The translations under genes were made by a program, and so were the position numbers. The notes under the pieces were generated by a model. It was not told the origin of the DNA. It saw only the letters and a list, made by a program, of their open reading frames with translations, and searched no databases. From assembly GCA_963777605.1 (NCBI GenBank), contig CAVZRV010000031.1:128001-192000 (forward strand): DNA of 64,000 nt. Direction: 5' to 3'. Below, in pieces: positions 32,221-44,965 of the stretch. Position 1 is the first letter of the stretch. Each line of letters starts with the position of its first letter. Source of the DNA: an uncultured Acidobacteriota bacterium. GTDB lineage: Bacteria > Acidobacteriota > UBA6911 > RPQK01 > JAPXNP01.

Positions 32221-33237
32221 ATGGAGATCGTTTCAAGAGTTCACGCCAAGAATCTCGTGGGCTGGGCGAAGGACAAGCCGGAAGTCGTCGTTCTCGGCCG
32301 ATTTGACGGGTTCCACCGAGATCGATACGTTTAAGGATACCTATCCGGACCGATTCTTCTCGATGGGAGTCGCCGAGCAGAACATGGTCAGTCTGGCAGG
32401 CGGGCTCGCCCGCGAAGGGTACATCCCGTCCGTACACACCTTCGCCGTGTTCATCTACCGGCAGGCCTTGAACCAGATTGTGAGTTCGGTTGCCTATTTC
32501 GAATCTCCCCGTTAAATTTTTCCAAAACTCCCTTGGCCCGGAATCACGACCCCAGGCGGTGCGACTCATCAGGCAATCGAGGATGTTGCCGTCATGCGCA
32601 CAATACCAAATATGACGGGTGTCCTGAGTACTTGGGGATGCAACGGAAGTAGAAACCGTGCTCGACGCGGTCTTCGCTCTACCCGGCCCGGTATACGTGC
32701 GAATGCTCCGCGGTGAGATGCCCAGGTTGTTCCCTGTCGAGGAACCACTCGTGGTGGAACCATCCGCGTATCTTGCATCAGGGCCAGGACGTAACCCTCA
32801 TTACGGCCGGGATCTGCACCGAAGAGGCATTGCGCGCGATCGCCATTCTAGGTGGGAAGGGCGTCTCCATCCACCACTTGCACGTATCGACGCATAAGCC
32901 ATTCACGAATCCGGTGATCCTCGAGGCGGTTTCCAAACCGCGCTACGGTGTCATAACATTGGAAAACCATTCAATCTGGGGTGGACTCGGAACGGAGGTG
33001 GCGGAGGTGATGGCGACGAACGGAGTCGGAAAACGCCTCGTTCGCGTTGGGCTCCGCGATTCGTTCGCCCACGGTGGAAGCCGGCCCTACCTGATGAGGA
33101 AATTGAAAATCGATGCCATGGCCCTTGTGCTCCATATCGAAGAGATGATTGGCATGAGGCTCGGAATTCGAGAGGAGGATCTCGAGCGGGTGCGAATCGA
33201 ACCGTTCGACAACATCGCGCGAGTGGAGGCATTGTAG
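32221..33237 (+). CDS. Transketolase-like C-terminal subunit, frameshifted
   Basis: DRFFSMGVAEQNM, GATHQAIED, PVYVRMLR, TLENHSIWGGLG. Confidence 0.85.
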
Positions 33238-33245
33238 AGCACGCT

Positions 33246-34395
33246 ATGAACGAAAGGTTGTTTGGCAGCGAGCGTTTCACGGTTTCCTATCTCCTCACGG
33301 GCGACAACCGGCTGGCGACCAAGAGAAAGGCCAAGGACATTTGCTACGAGAAAACGGTTGAGTTTCCGAGCGACCTCATTCCAGATGGATTCATAAAAGA
33401 CCACGTGGTCGGCCGCGTGGAAGACTTTCAGCCAGCCGGTCAATCCAGATTCCGGGCCGTCATCAGCTATGCAGTTGAGACGGCGGCGGGCGACCTCGTT
33501 CAACTGCTAAATGTTATTTTCGGAAACATCAGTCTCGGGAAGGCAGGCATCAAAGTGGAACGGTTCAACTTGCCCGGCAGCCTGTTGGCCCGCTTTCGTG
33601 GGCCGCGCTACGGAGTACGTGGCCTGCGCAACCATCTCGGCATCGCCGACAGGCCCCGGGTCTGTGCTGTGCTGAAACCGATGGGCCTCTCGCCCATCGA
33701 GCTCGCGGAGCAAGCCAGTCAGTTTGCGCGGGGTGGGATCGACATTGTCAAGGATGATCACGGTCTCACCACCAAGTGTTCGCCCCATTTGAGGAGCGCG
33801 TTGCGCGCTGCGTCGAGGCTGTGGCGAAGGTCAATCAAGAACATGGAAGTCAATGCCGTCCTCGACGCACCGAATGTGACGGGGCCGAGCGATCAGGTTA
33901 CGCTTCTCGCGCGTCGGGCCAAGGCCGCCGGCGCGGGCGCCCTGCTGATTTGTCCTGGGACTTGTGGGCATCGATGCTATGCGAGTCCTTGCGCAAGATG
34001 ACTCGCTGGCTTTGCCCATAATGGCCCACCCTTCTTTCTGGGGGAAGCTTCGTCACAACACCTGAGAACGGATTGAGCCACTTCGCCCTATACGGCCAGA
34101 TCATGCGCCTCGCGGGCGCGGACATGACGATCTTCCAAACTACGGCGGCCGCTTTTCGTTCGAGATTCTAAGAGGAATGCGCCGAGATTGTTGAGGGATG
34201 TAGGTGCGGGATGGGTGACGTTGCGACCATCTTTCCGGCACCGGCTGCGGGGGTACTACGACCGATCGGGCTGCCGATCTGGTGCGAGTCTATGAGAAGG
34301 ACTTTGTCTTGATTGTCGGTCGAGGCGTGCAGCGGCGGAGTTTCGACCTCGTTGAGAATAGTCGCCATTTCCTCAGCATCCTGAATGGACTGTGA
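33246..34395 (+). CDS. RuBisCO-like protein (form IV, DeepYkr-type), frameshifted
   Basis: QLLNVIFGNIS, GPRYG, LKPMG, GIDIVKDDHG, FAPFEERV, MAHP, RLAGAD, YGGRF; closest recalled homolog is the R. rubrum MTRu-1P isomerase RLP. Confidence 0.88.
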
Positions 34396-34439
34396 GATCC
34401 TCTATTTCGACCATTTCGGCAAACCCTGCGACTTCGGGT

Positions 34440-34590
34440 GTAACGCCTGGAGCCTTCGGCCTCCCGCAGCTTGCGGATGGTCGGTTCCGGACTATGTGGC
34501 TTTTTTGCCATTTCCGAGTCTCGCTGGCCCCTTTCTAAAGGCCGGTTGAACAACTCAACATACAACCTGGATCAGTTTCCGGGGAGCAGA
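34440..34590 (-). mobile_element. IS3-family left end with OrfA N-terminal remnant
   Basis: TCTGCTCCCCGGAAACTGATCCA end; MAKKPHSPEPTIRKLREAE. Confidence 0.7.
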
Positions 34591-34615
34591 CTAGAAATGC
34601 ATAGGCTCTCCCGGA

Positions 34616-35829
34616 TCAAGGAGGATCTTGCTCGCTGACGTTCCCGGCATTCTTCTCCACGAATGACTGCCCGTGAGGCATAGGTGAAATCTGGAAAAGA
34701 TGAGCCAGCGTTTGCGCCACATCATAGAAGCCTTTGCGAATTCCAAGATCCTTTGCCGGTAGGCCGGGGCCATAGAGCAGGATGGGAACGTATTCTCTGG
34801 TGTGATCGCAACCTTCGAATGTTGGATCATTTCCATGATCGGCGGTGATAATCAGGATGTCCGATCCTCTCATGGCGGCGATCAGCTGTCCAAAAAATAG
34901 ATCGGCTTCTTCCAACGCCCGGGCGTAGCCGACTGGGTTCCTCCGGTGACCGAACAACATGTCAAAGTCGATGAGGTTAGCGAACACAAGTCCGTGGTCG
35001 AGCTGGTTCGCCAGTTCAAGTATCGCTGATTGGGCTTCACAGTTGTTGAGGACGTGTATCGACTGAGAAATGCCTCGACGCAGAAAATATCATCAATCTT
35101 GCCCACACTCACCACATGGATTCCATGTTCCTTCAGACGATCAAGAATCGTAGTCCTCGGCGGAGGAAACGGAAAGTCCCGTCGATTCTCCGTGCGTCTG
35201 AAGTTCCCCGGCCTCCCCAGGAAAGGCCGAGCAATGATACGCCCGACACGATACTCATCACAGAGTCTCCTCGCAGTGGAACACGCCTGATAAAGTTCCT
35301 CCAGAGGTATTACTCCCTCATGCGCAGCAATCTGGAAGACAGAATCGCCACTTGTGTAAACAATCCAGGAGCCTTCGCGCATTTGACGTTCGCCCAACTC
35401 CTCAATGATCGCCGTCCCACTCGCTGCACAGTTACCGATGATTCGCCGACCTGTCTCCGCCTCAAACATTGCAGTGAGTTGTTCCGGAAATGATGGAGAC
35501 TCCTTTCGAAAGACCGTGAAACCCGGTCTGAGGAGTAGACCTGCTATTTCCCAATGCCCAGTAACGGTGTTTTTTCCTCGGGAGACCTCTTCCATCGCGC
35601 CGAAAGAGGCAAGAGGCTGAACGGATGCGGAAACTCCCTGAACCGCTAGGCACTCGGGGACGGCGGCGGCGGCCCTGCCAAGCCCAAGGGTCTCGAGCGT
35701 TGGTACGCGGAGCGAACCTGCCGCCTGGGCCGTATGTGCGAGGGTATTGGCTCCTTCGTCCCCATATTCCTCAGCGTCCGCAGCAGCACCAATCCCAACA
35801 GAATCGAGTACGACCAGAAACACCCTCAC
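34616..35829 (-). CDS. deoB: Phosphopentomutase, frameshift near 35050
   Basis: VLDSVGIG, TVTGHWEIAG, YTSGDSVFQIAAHE, GRIIARPF, ANLIDFD..GHRR, ADHGNDP, DHTRE. Confidence 0.93.
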
Positions 35830-36062
35830 GATAGGTCACTCACACGCGTAAAGTGAACTCGGGACTCACGAATCTCTCCGAGAGAATAGTCATGAAAAAG
35901 GACAGCCGATGCGCTATTTGGCAACCGGCACCCTCTTACATCGCAGCGAGTACCAGTCTAGCATTAATAGTCTGCGGTAAGAACGTCTTTTCAACAAGAT
36001 CTTGAAAAACCGAACGATGCCCTATGCTTGAGTATAGCGTGTTGGATCACTCGCGGTCAGAC

Positions 36063-37711
36063 ATGAAGCGTCTTCGTGCAATGAGGTGCACCAAGATTTG
36101 GCTCGCTTGATCATTAGGCTCACTACGATGTACTTTTTGCCTCCTCCTCTCTCTTGGTATTTTCTATCTGAAGTCCACTTCAGACACGCGATGAAAGACC
36201 GCCAGGAAGAGGCAGAGGACTACTACCGAAAATGGTTGACTCGAGATGTCGTCTACATCATATCTGACGAAGAGAAAGAGGTTTTCGCTAAGCTGACAAC
36301 GGCGGAGGAGCAGGAACGCTTCATTGAGCAGTTCTGGTTTCGGCGCAACTCGGATCCCACGACCCGTGTGAATGAATACAAAGAAGAGCACTACCGTAGA
36401 ATCGCCTACGTGAACGAGTACTTTCAGAGTGGGATCCCGGGCTGGGAAACCGACCGGGGCCGGATTTACATTATCCATGGACCCCCGGATGAAGTCGAGT
36501 CGCATCCATCAGGTGGCAGCTACAAAAGACCCTATCATGAAGGTGGGGGATACACTTCGACATTTCCTTTTGAGATATGGGAGTATCGACACATCGACGG
36601 AATTGGAGACGATATTGAACTCGAGTTTGTGGATAGTAGTCAGTCTGGGGAGTTTCGGCTGGCCCTTCTTCCCGAAGAGAAAGATGCGCTGCTCAATGTC
36701 CCTGGTGCGGGTCTCACTCTTGCTGAAAGCCTCGGCTGGGCTAAGAAGTCGGACCGCCCCTATTTCTCGCCTGGAACGAATTACCCTTACCAACACCCCA
36801 GAATCCAGGACGATCCGTTTATGCGATTCGAAAGATTATTCAGGAGTTCGGGCTCCCGCGAAGATTCGATACAAGGATCTGCAGCAGCTTGTCAAGACGA
36901 ACGTTGCCTTCTCCAACCTTCCCTTCAACGTGCAGATTGATTATCTGCAGTTTGATACAGAGAAAGCTCTGGTGCCTGTCACCCTGGAATTTCAGAACCA
37001 CACGCTTACATTTGCTGCAGCCGGAAACAATGTAACGGCGAAAGCCGCCGTGTACGGCGTGGTCACCTCCATCGGCAATAGAGTTGTCTACGAATTCGAT
37101 GATGATTTTCAACTTTCGTACCCTTCAAGCATTTGGCCCAGGTCTTGAAGGGACGCTCCCTCTACCAGCGAATGATTCCTTTGGACACCGGAGGGCGCTA
37201 TAAGCTCACATTGATTGTCAAGGATCTTAATACCGGGAATATTGGAGTCTATGAAGGTGCGATCGTTACGCCTCGATACCTTGCTGGCAAGCTTGCTCTA
37301 AGCTCCCTTATTTCGGCTGCGTCCTGCGTCGAGATCGATCAGGCTTCCGCTGAGCCGGGAATGTTCGTCTTAGGAGACTTCAGGGTTTACCCGAATACAG
37401 AGAGGCTCTTCTCCCAGAATCAGACAATAGGTCTCTATTTTCAGATCTACAATGCGACCTTGGATCAAGCCTCTCAAATCCCCTCACTCTCTGTTTCTTA
37501 TCGAATTTCTCATGGGTCTGAGACAAGGTTCGAGATCTTGGACGACTCGGGAGAGTTCCTACGAATCTATCGGGGAGGTCGAGTAGCTGTGGTCAGATCC
37601 TTTGATGCATCGAGCCTTGGTTCTGGCGCCTATCGCATCGACATCAGCGTGCAGGACAAGATCTCAGGCGAGGAGAAGAGCATAGAACAGGCATTTCGGA
37701 TTGGCTCTTAG
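36063..37711 (+). CDS. GWxTD domain-containing protein, frameshifted
   Basis: WLTRDVVYII, FIEQFW, EEHYRRIAY, PGWETDRGRIYI.HGPPDE. Confidence 0.88.
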
Positions 37712-37881
37712 CTCATATGTCTCGCTATTTCCCGTTGGGAACTCGCCATCGTCTCTGCTTCCTCCGCACGGACTCCGCGATATGAGGTGGTCCCACTTGG
37801 GACTTCATCTACATTTTTGCGCATTCGGCCACCGTCTAGGGCGAGGTCCCTTGGAGAACTCCGACCACTCGGCCCATGGGT

Positions 37882-38904
37882 CTATCCCCATGGCGGCTGG
37901 CTCGTCAGCTGAATCAGCGCTTCCAGCGTCGTTTCCTTCTGGCGTTCCGAAACGGTCAGGTGCCGATGTTTACCTGTTTCGTTTTCTTGAAAGCTGGTGC
38001 GTCCTTGCTGGTCGACACTGACTATTCCCGGTCTGGAGAATCCGAAGTAGCCGCGATTTGGACGGACGGCGAACTGCGTAACCGGCATAATCCCACGTTG
38101 GTCGGTCGTAGGGCATCGGGAGATTTGTAGGCCCGATAGGCGTCTGCGATGGGATGGTTCTTCACATAGCCGAAGTCTTCTTCGATGCTGACCGCTGGAT
38201 AGGGGATCGCATGACCGATCTCAAAGCCGCTGAATACGATCTCTGTGGGCCACGTCGAGAACACCTTTTGCGGCCGAATCACGGTCGACGAAGACATTGA
38301 ATTCTGGAACCTCTTCCAAGAAATTGCCGGCCATTGCGGACAGCATGCGGACCTTCAAGCGGACCGAGATACCGGCCCCGACAGCGGGCTGATCGCGTCG
38401 GGGCTCGTTTCCAGAAGAGCCGCGAGATTCGTGCTGAAACCCACCTGGACGATGACGACCGAGCCGTCCTCCGATCCGGCCAGAAGGCGCCGCAAAAGTG
38501 TCACGGCATCTTCCGCATCTTGGTTCTCGACGAGGTCGTGTGGATAGATATACTCACCGCCCGCATCCTTCGCCAATCCTGCCTGCAGGAGTACAGAGAA
38601 CTCTTGGCGGCCCTTGCCATGGTGAACGACACCAATCGGGATGCCGCCACGTCCGTAAAAGGTATTGATGGCGTCGACAAAGGGAGCACCCATCGGGTGC
38701 TCTTTTGTCAGGAGGTCACTCCCAACAAGTGACATTCTCCGCGACTTTCAAGGGCGTGAATCACCCCAAGGGCCAAGGCATCGTCGATATCATTTCCCAT
38801 GTCGGTGTCAAAGATAAGTTGGTACTGAGCCTCCGTACAGATGAGGGCTCGTGAAGGCCATTATCGAGAATGTCTGTCGCAGCCCCACTTCGGAATCGGG
38901 TCAT
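37882..38904 (-). CDS. Nucleoside hydrolase, heavily frameshifted
   Basis: Manual translation LIFDTDMGNDIDDALALG, VQVGFSTNLA, FSGFEIG, DRPTWD. Confidence 0.8.
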
Positions 38905-39215
38905 AATTCACCTTCTGTCTTCGGCTCTGCGAGCCGGACTGTTGCGGAGCCGCATCCCCTATTGTGGAACTGAGTTCGAGAAGACGCGCCGACGCTTCTT
39001 CCCCGCGACATGCAGACTCGTCAATTTCATTTCAGATGCTTTCCGCCTTGGATGATGCGTACAGATCCCGATAGACTGAGGCCCATCTCATTCCTTCGCT
39101 CGGGCTAGGATCTGCGTATTAGAACGATTTCTCGATGCTTTGACCACTTCATATGGTAGGCAGGCCATCCGAAAAACCGCACTAATGGGCCCGGATTTTC
39201 CTGCCGCGCAGACTC

Positions 39216-40221
39216 CTAGGTTTGTCGCGAGACGATGATGAGACCAAGGCCCAATATGAAGAGGGCGAACATCAATACGATCAACCGGTTCGTGCCGCGG
39301 GGAGCCTCCCTGAATTCCTTCCACACGAACACGCCCCAGAGCGCGGCAACCATGGTTGCCCCCTGGCCCAATCCGTACGAGATGGCAAATCCCGCCTGCC
39401 CGGAGGCGATGATGCTGAACATCATGCCGATTCCCCAGATGATGCCACCTAAGACCCCGACGGCGTGGAGAGGCGCCGATCCTCCGAAGTAGTCGGCGAA
39501 AGAAACCAGGACGACCTACGAAAGGTCTCTTCATAATGATCGTATTGAAGAGCAGATTACTGCCGAAAAGTCCCAGCGAGAACATAAAGACGGCGGAGTA
39601 CGGGGTCCAGCTTTCCTGGCTCAAGGTTATTGAAGTTCAGCGACATCGAAGCTGCTACAAAACGATAGAAGAAACCAGCCAGGATCCCGCACAAAACCGC
39701 CAACACAAGCCCCTTGGAGCCACTATCCGCAGTCTCTTTGGGCAGTCTCCGGTAGGCGATTGCATCTAAAACGATGGCCGCCGTCACCAAGGCAACCCCA
39801 AAAAACAGAACTAACGGAACCCCCAGAGGAGTGGCGAGATCAGGTGATGAGGACCCCAAGAACCAGAGCCAAACCGATTCCTACCGGGAAAGCCACCGCC
39901 ATGCCGGCAATCGCAATCGAAGCCACCAGCAGGATATTGGCCGCATTGAAAATAACACCGCCGAGAGCAGCGGAGACGAGATTCAAAATATGCCCTGCGC
40001 CAAATCAACAAGAAACCCCCGCCCTCCAGCGCCGACACTTCCGAGTGTCAAAGCGAACAACGTCAAGACGCAAGGAGGACGCCGATTGCATAATCCCAGT
40101 AAAAGAGCTCGAAACGCCAGTCTCTGGCTGCCAGCTTCTGCGTATTCGCCCACGATCCCCAGCAGAGCATGGTGATCAAGCAGAACACCACAGCCCATAA
40201 GTAACTGTCCAACACAAACAT
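39216..40221 (-). CDS. GRP/DMT-family sugar (ribose-type) transporter, frameshifted
   Basis: MLCWGSWANTQK, FELFYWDY, AISYGLGQGATMVAALWGVFVWKEF. Confidence 0.8.
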
Positions 40222-40378
40222 GCGCGCTCCCTCGTCTCACTGCCATCGACCGAGCGGTGCAAGCCATCCGTCCGCTGTCGCTCGACCCCTACCGTGTTCT
40301 TTTGCCGTCTCCCGCCCGCATGTCTCTTGCGGGCGGGAGTCTGAGGAGGTGTACGCAGCCCTGTGTGTCCTCGAGAGT

Positions 40379-43300
40379 CTAGAAGTTGAGTTTAAGACCA
40401 AATTGGATATATCTCGGATTTCTCGCTGACGTAATCCGGCCGAAGTTCGGATCATTCGCCGTCATGCCCAAGCCCACAAACTGAGCATGGTTGAACGCGT
40501 TGAAGAACTCCGCGCGGAACTGTAACGACATCGCTTCCTTTAGGCTGAAATACCTCTGAAGGCTGAAATCCCAATTATTGACCCCAGGTCCGATGATCGT
40601 TCCCCTCCCACCATCGCCCAGTGTCTCCGCGGGTGGAATAACGAAGTCCGTAACATCGAAGAAGGGGAATAGCGTGGGCTGCTTTCGGATATCATCTTTC
40701 AGAGCGTCACTGTTACCAGGTCCAATCCGCGTAGCAGGCTGCATGCGGCGTCCGCCAATGCGAGCCAAGTCACCTCCGATATTCCGGCGTTTTCGCCTGG
40801 CCACCCATAAACGTGGCGATTCCACTGAATTGCCAACCATTTATAATACATTCACCGGTCCAGACATGTCCCCGCCTAGCTTCATCCCGGCCGAACAGAA
40901 TCGTAAATGAAGCTCACTAACGCCGATGCCTCGAATCAAGGAAGCGGGACCTCGCAACTCCTTGATCGTCCCGGTAATATCTCGCTAAACGTATTCATCC
41001 GGGCTTCCATGTCAAGGGCCTTTCCAATGTGTAGGATGTGAATAACGCGAAACCGTTCCGAAGCGGTCTGTCAACCCAACGTTAAGACCATTGTAGTTAG
41101 ACCACCCATTGTTCATCGAAGTCAGAATGTCTCCAAAACCCGAAAACGGCCGCCTGTCCTCCATAGGGACTCCCGGCTCGGGTGGTGGCATATTCATCAT
41201 GCAAAGGCGATTCAACTTCACCCCCGTTGAACCAACATAACCCGCCTCAATGAAAACCGGCCACATTCCTCTGAACGTTTACATTGTACTGGGAAACATA
41301 CGGAGTTCGATTCCAAGGTGACGTTGTGTTGGGAGATGTGCTCCGGGATAAATTCAGGTGAAGGATACATCCCGTTCACCTGATATGTTGGTGTCGGTCG
41401 AGTATTGTTCGAGGACGCAATCTGAGTGTTGGGTGGGTTAGAAACCCCCCAAAACTGAGTTTCATTGAGACCAATCAGGTCGTAAAAAATTCCATATCCT
41501 GCTCGGATGACTGTCTTCGAAGAGGGACTATCGCAAGACCATTCGTGGTGCGAAGTTGTTGCGATCAGGTTCGAATAGGGCGCCCTGCACATCAACGTAT
41601 TTCAGCGTATTGAGGTCGAGATAGTTGAGTTTATTGTTCTCTTCCGACATCGGCTCAGATACTTGAATGTAAACCAAAATAGGCATTCAAATTCGAGGTT
41701 AGCTTCCAGTTATCTTGGCCATATAGTGAGAAATCTGTGTTCCGGAAGCTTCCGGAGCTGTCGCCGATAGACTGATTGGTGAAATCAACAGTCCCAACAT
41801 GAACTCGGGCATGGAATCTCCCGTATAGTACCCCACGAAGCTAAGAGAGGGAGCGCTAGGAAAGTCGTTGTCTATGGCGAAGCGACGAGCCTAGATCCAT
41901 GCCGAACTTAAGGCGAGGATCTCCCTTGACATAGGAGACGTTTTCGTTGACCTGGAACAGGTCGTCGACTGTCTCCTGAGTCTGGGCAGCCTTGCCCGAT
42001 TCCCGAATAGGTGAGCGGCTTGAAACCGGGAAGTGCAAAGTGGCGGCTTTGGTGGTAGGGTTCTGCACACCGAACTTGTCCAAGATCTTCCCCGTATGCT
42101 GCCTCCGGAACACTGTAGTCCAGATTGCGATTGTAGCCGAGCCGGAACTCATTAACGAAACTGGGACCAAAGAAGTGAATTACTGGAGACTGAAAGACTG
42201 GTCTCCAAGAGGCCTATTCAAACCGTATCCCTCGAAAAGCGAAGGTGAGGTCAGGGGTTCTCCACCCAAGAATACTTAGCGAACATCCGGTCCGACTCTG
42301 TAAGGTCGATATCGACCTTGGCATGGATCTCGTCACGGTCGCTAGGCTGGAGTCCCTCGCGGCCATAATTTAGACTCGGATCAAACTCGCGATTCGGCGC
42401 CGGGTAGAACGGCGCGACATTTCCCATTACAGCGTCAAATCGGTCGACGGGTATCCGATTATCCGGGAAGGGTGCTCCGGTCGTAGGATCAATAATCTCA
42501 TGGTCGAACTGGCCCGCCAGGTTTTCGGTGAGGGAACTCGCCCAGGTAGGTGTTTGCCAGTCGCGACCGATAGCCTTCATAGCTTCCGAAGAAGAAGACC
42601 TTGTCTCGAATCACCGGGCCCCCGACGGTCCCACCAAACTGATTTTGCTTATATCGTGGTTTCTCCGAACCGTCAAAGAAGTTCCTCGCGTTCAGCTTGT
42701 CATTCCGGAGGAACTCGAAGAGGGAACCGTGGAACTCGTTGGTCCCTGATTTGATGATCGTGTTCACAACCGTTGTTCCCCAACCCTGGTCGGCCGTGAA
42801 AACATTCCGTTGAACATTGAACTCCTGAATTGTGTCAATTGAGGGTCGAAATCCCGAACCACCCCAACGAGGGGAACGCGTCTCGATACCGTCCAGGAGA
42901 TAGCTGGTGTCGGTCTCCCGCAGGCCAGCGACCACCACCGACATGTCGGATCGGCTTGTCCAAGAACTCACCGGTGAGATGGCAGAGTGAATTTGCATAA
43001 CACCGGGAGACAGCTGGGCAAGCTGGATGAATTCCGTCCGTTGAGCGGCAACTCGACGATTTCTTTCGCTGTGAGAACACTGGTCATGGCAACGTCGTCC
43101 GACTGCACAACGTCGGCAGCCGCACTTACCTCAATCGCCGTGCTGACCTCGCCTATACTGAGTGGCACATTGACGGTACGCCTCGTTCCTACCAGAAGCG
43201 CAATATCGGATGCCACGAACGTCTTAAAACCTTGAAGTACGGCCGTCAGCTCATACGTTCCCGGGTCCATTCGCGGGAAAATATAGCGGCCCAAGTCATC

Positions 43301-43490
43301 ACTTAATGCCGTGCGGGCCGCATTCGTCTCCACATTCCGCAACGTCAGTTCGACGCCCGGAATAAAACTCCCCTGTTGGTAGAACCGCCCCCAAGATGTC
43401 TCCGGTGGTCGACTGAGCAGTGGCGAACCGGGGCAGCAAACAAAGAACGGTGAGAGCAACAAGCAAAAACAGAAACTGCGGCCTTCTCAT
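40379..43490 (-). CDS. Oar-type TonB-dependent outer-membrane receptor, heavily frameshifted
   Basis: N-terminal carboxypeptidase-regulatory domain, LPLNGRN, KSGTNEFHGSLFEFLRN, QNQFGG, C-terminal FRAEFFNAFNH..PRYIQFGLKLNF. Confidence 0.85.
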
Positions 43491-43749
43491 GAGAAATCCC
43501 CTCCCCTCGAACGAGACTGGCGCGAATTGTCTTATTTCACACTTATATTAGTTCGGGGTAACTGGCCAGTCAAGAACTTTTTGTGGTAACAGTACAGAAA
43601 AGTTTCCGTGGTGGTGGTGGTGCTATTCTTCCGATGGTATACTCGGCGGGATCATTGGATCCAGCTTCCGTCAATGCAGCCGGATTTTCCAGAACCGGGA
43701 GACAACGGCTGTTGGGACGGTGGCGGAACCGCACTAAGAGGGGGTTGAG

Positions 43750-44864
43750 ATGGAGACTGGAAAGGATCGGATTCTCAAAGCCTTCACTCATGTTAACCAT
43801 CGGTGGCCCCGACCAACATCGAGGGAATCTACAACCTCGAGGCGTTCTTGAAGCGATTCCAGGTTCGAAGTAAGGAGTCTGTCCGACTCCGCCTGGATGT
43901 GGACGTTTTCAGCGCTCGCCCGGTCTATTTTGGTCCAAACGCACGCATGCGTTTGGATGCCTTTGGTGCGCCTGTTGATGAAGTATATGGAACTGATGGA
44001 GTCGGCTACGGAGTGGGTAGAGACTACCCACTCCGTGAAGCTACGAGTCCCGCGGACGTGGAGAGATTTCCCTGGCCTAGTCCTGATCACTTCGACTACG
44101 AGGTTGCTTCCCGCTTACTGGCCCGCCTACCTGCCGACAAGGCCAAGCGGATTGACGGGAAGTACGGAGTCGCTAGACGGGGCAGGATCACGAGGCGGCC
44201 GCGGGAGGGGGGCCCTGGTTGCCCCTGATTTGCAATCTTTTCAATCTCTTTGGCATGGAAGATACGCTGATTAACATGGCTGTCCAGCCCAAGCTCATTG
44301 AAACGGCAATCCGCAGGACTCGAGGAGTTTACGGTTGAGTTCTTTGGAAGGCTCTGCGAGGCCACCCGAGGGCAGGCGGAAATCGCTTACTATGGGGACG
44401 ATTTCGCGACCCAGAGGGGACTGATGATATCCCCGGAGCACTGGCGGCGATTCCTGAAGCCTACTTACCGGAAGGTCTTCGAACTGCTGAAGAGCTACGG
44501 ACTGAAAGTGTGGTTCCACAGCTGTGGGCAATTCCGCCCCGTGATGAGCGACCTGATTGACATCGGCATGGACGTGTGGGAGACCGTGCAGACTCACCTC
44601 CCCGGAAATGAACCCGAGATCCTGAAACGAGAATACGGGGAGCATATCACTTTCTATGGAGGTATCAGCACGCAACGAACCTTGCCGTTTGGCACGGTTG
44701 ACGACGTGCGCAGGGAAGTCCGTGAACGCATTCGAGTGCTGGGCCGGGGCGGCGGCTACATAGTGGGGCCGGATCACGGGATCATGCCGGACGTGCCGGT
44801 CGAAAACGTGCTGGCGATGTTCGACGAAGCGAGGAAGTTCAGTTTTGACTCTCCTGCAGAGTAG
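43750..44864 (+). CDS. Uroporphyrinogen decarboxylase family protein (URO-D/MtaA/CmuA superfamily), frameshifted
   Basis: GDDFATQRGLMISPEHWRRF, WFHSCG, FYGGIST, GGGYIVGPDH, PVENVLAM. Confidence 0.85.
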
Positions 44865-44965
44865 GTATGGGGCATCTTCCTGGCGCGGACATTGTCCAGT
44901 CTGCGAATTCCAGGGTCGCCGCTCACCACTAACCGTTATTCTTAATCAATTGGGGAGGGCGTGAA

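Noticed and set aside
33246-34395. CO2-fixing RuBisCO
   Set aside because: KDDH instead of KDDE, form IV features, no phosphoribulokinase or small subunit nearby
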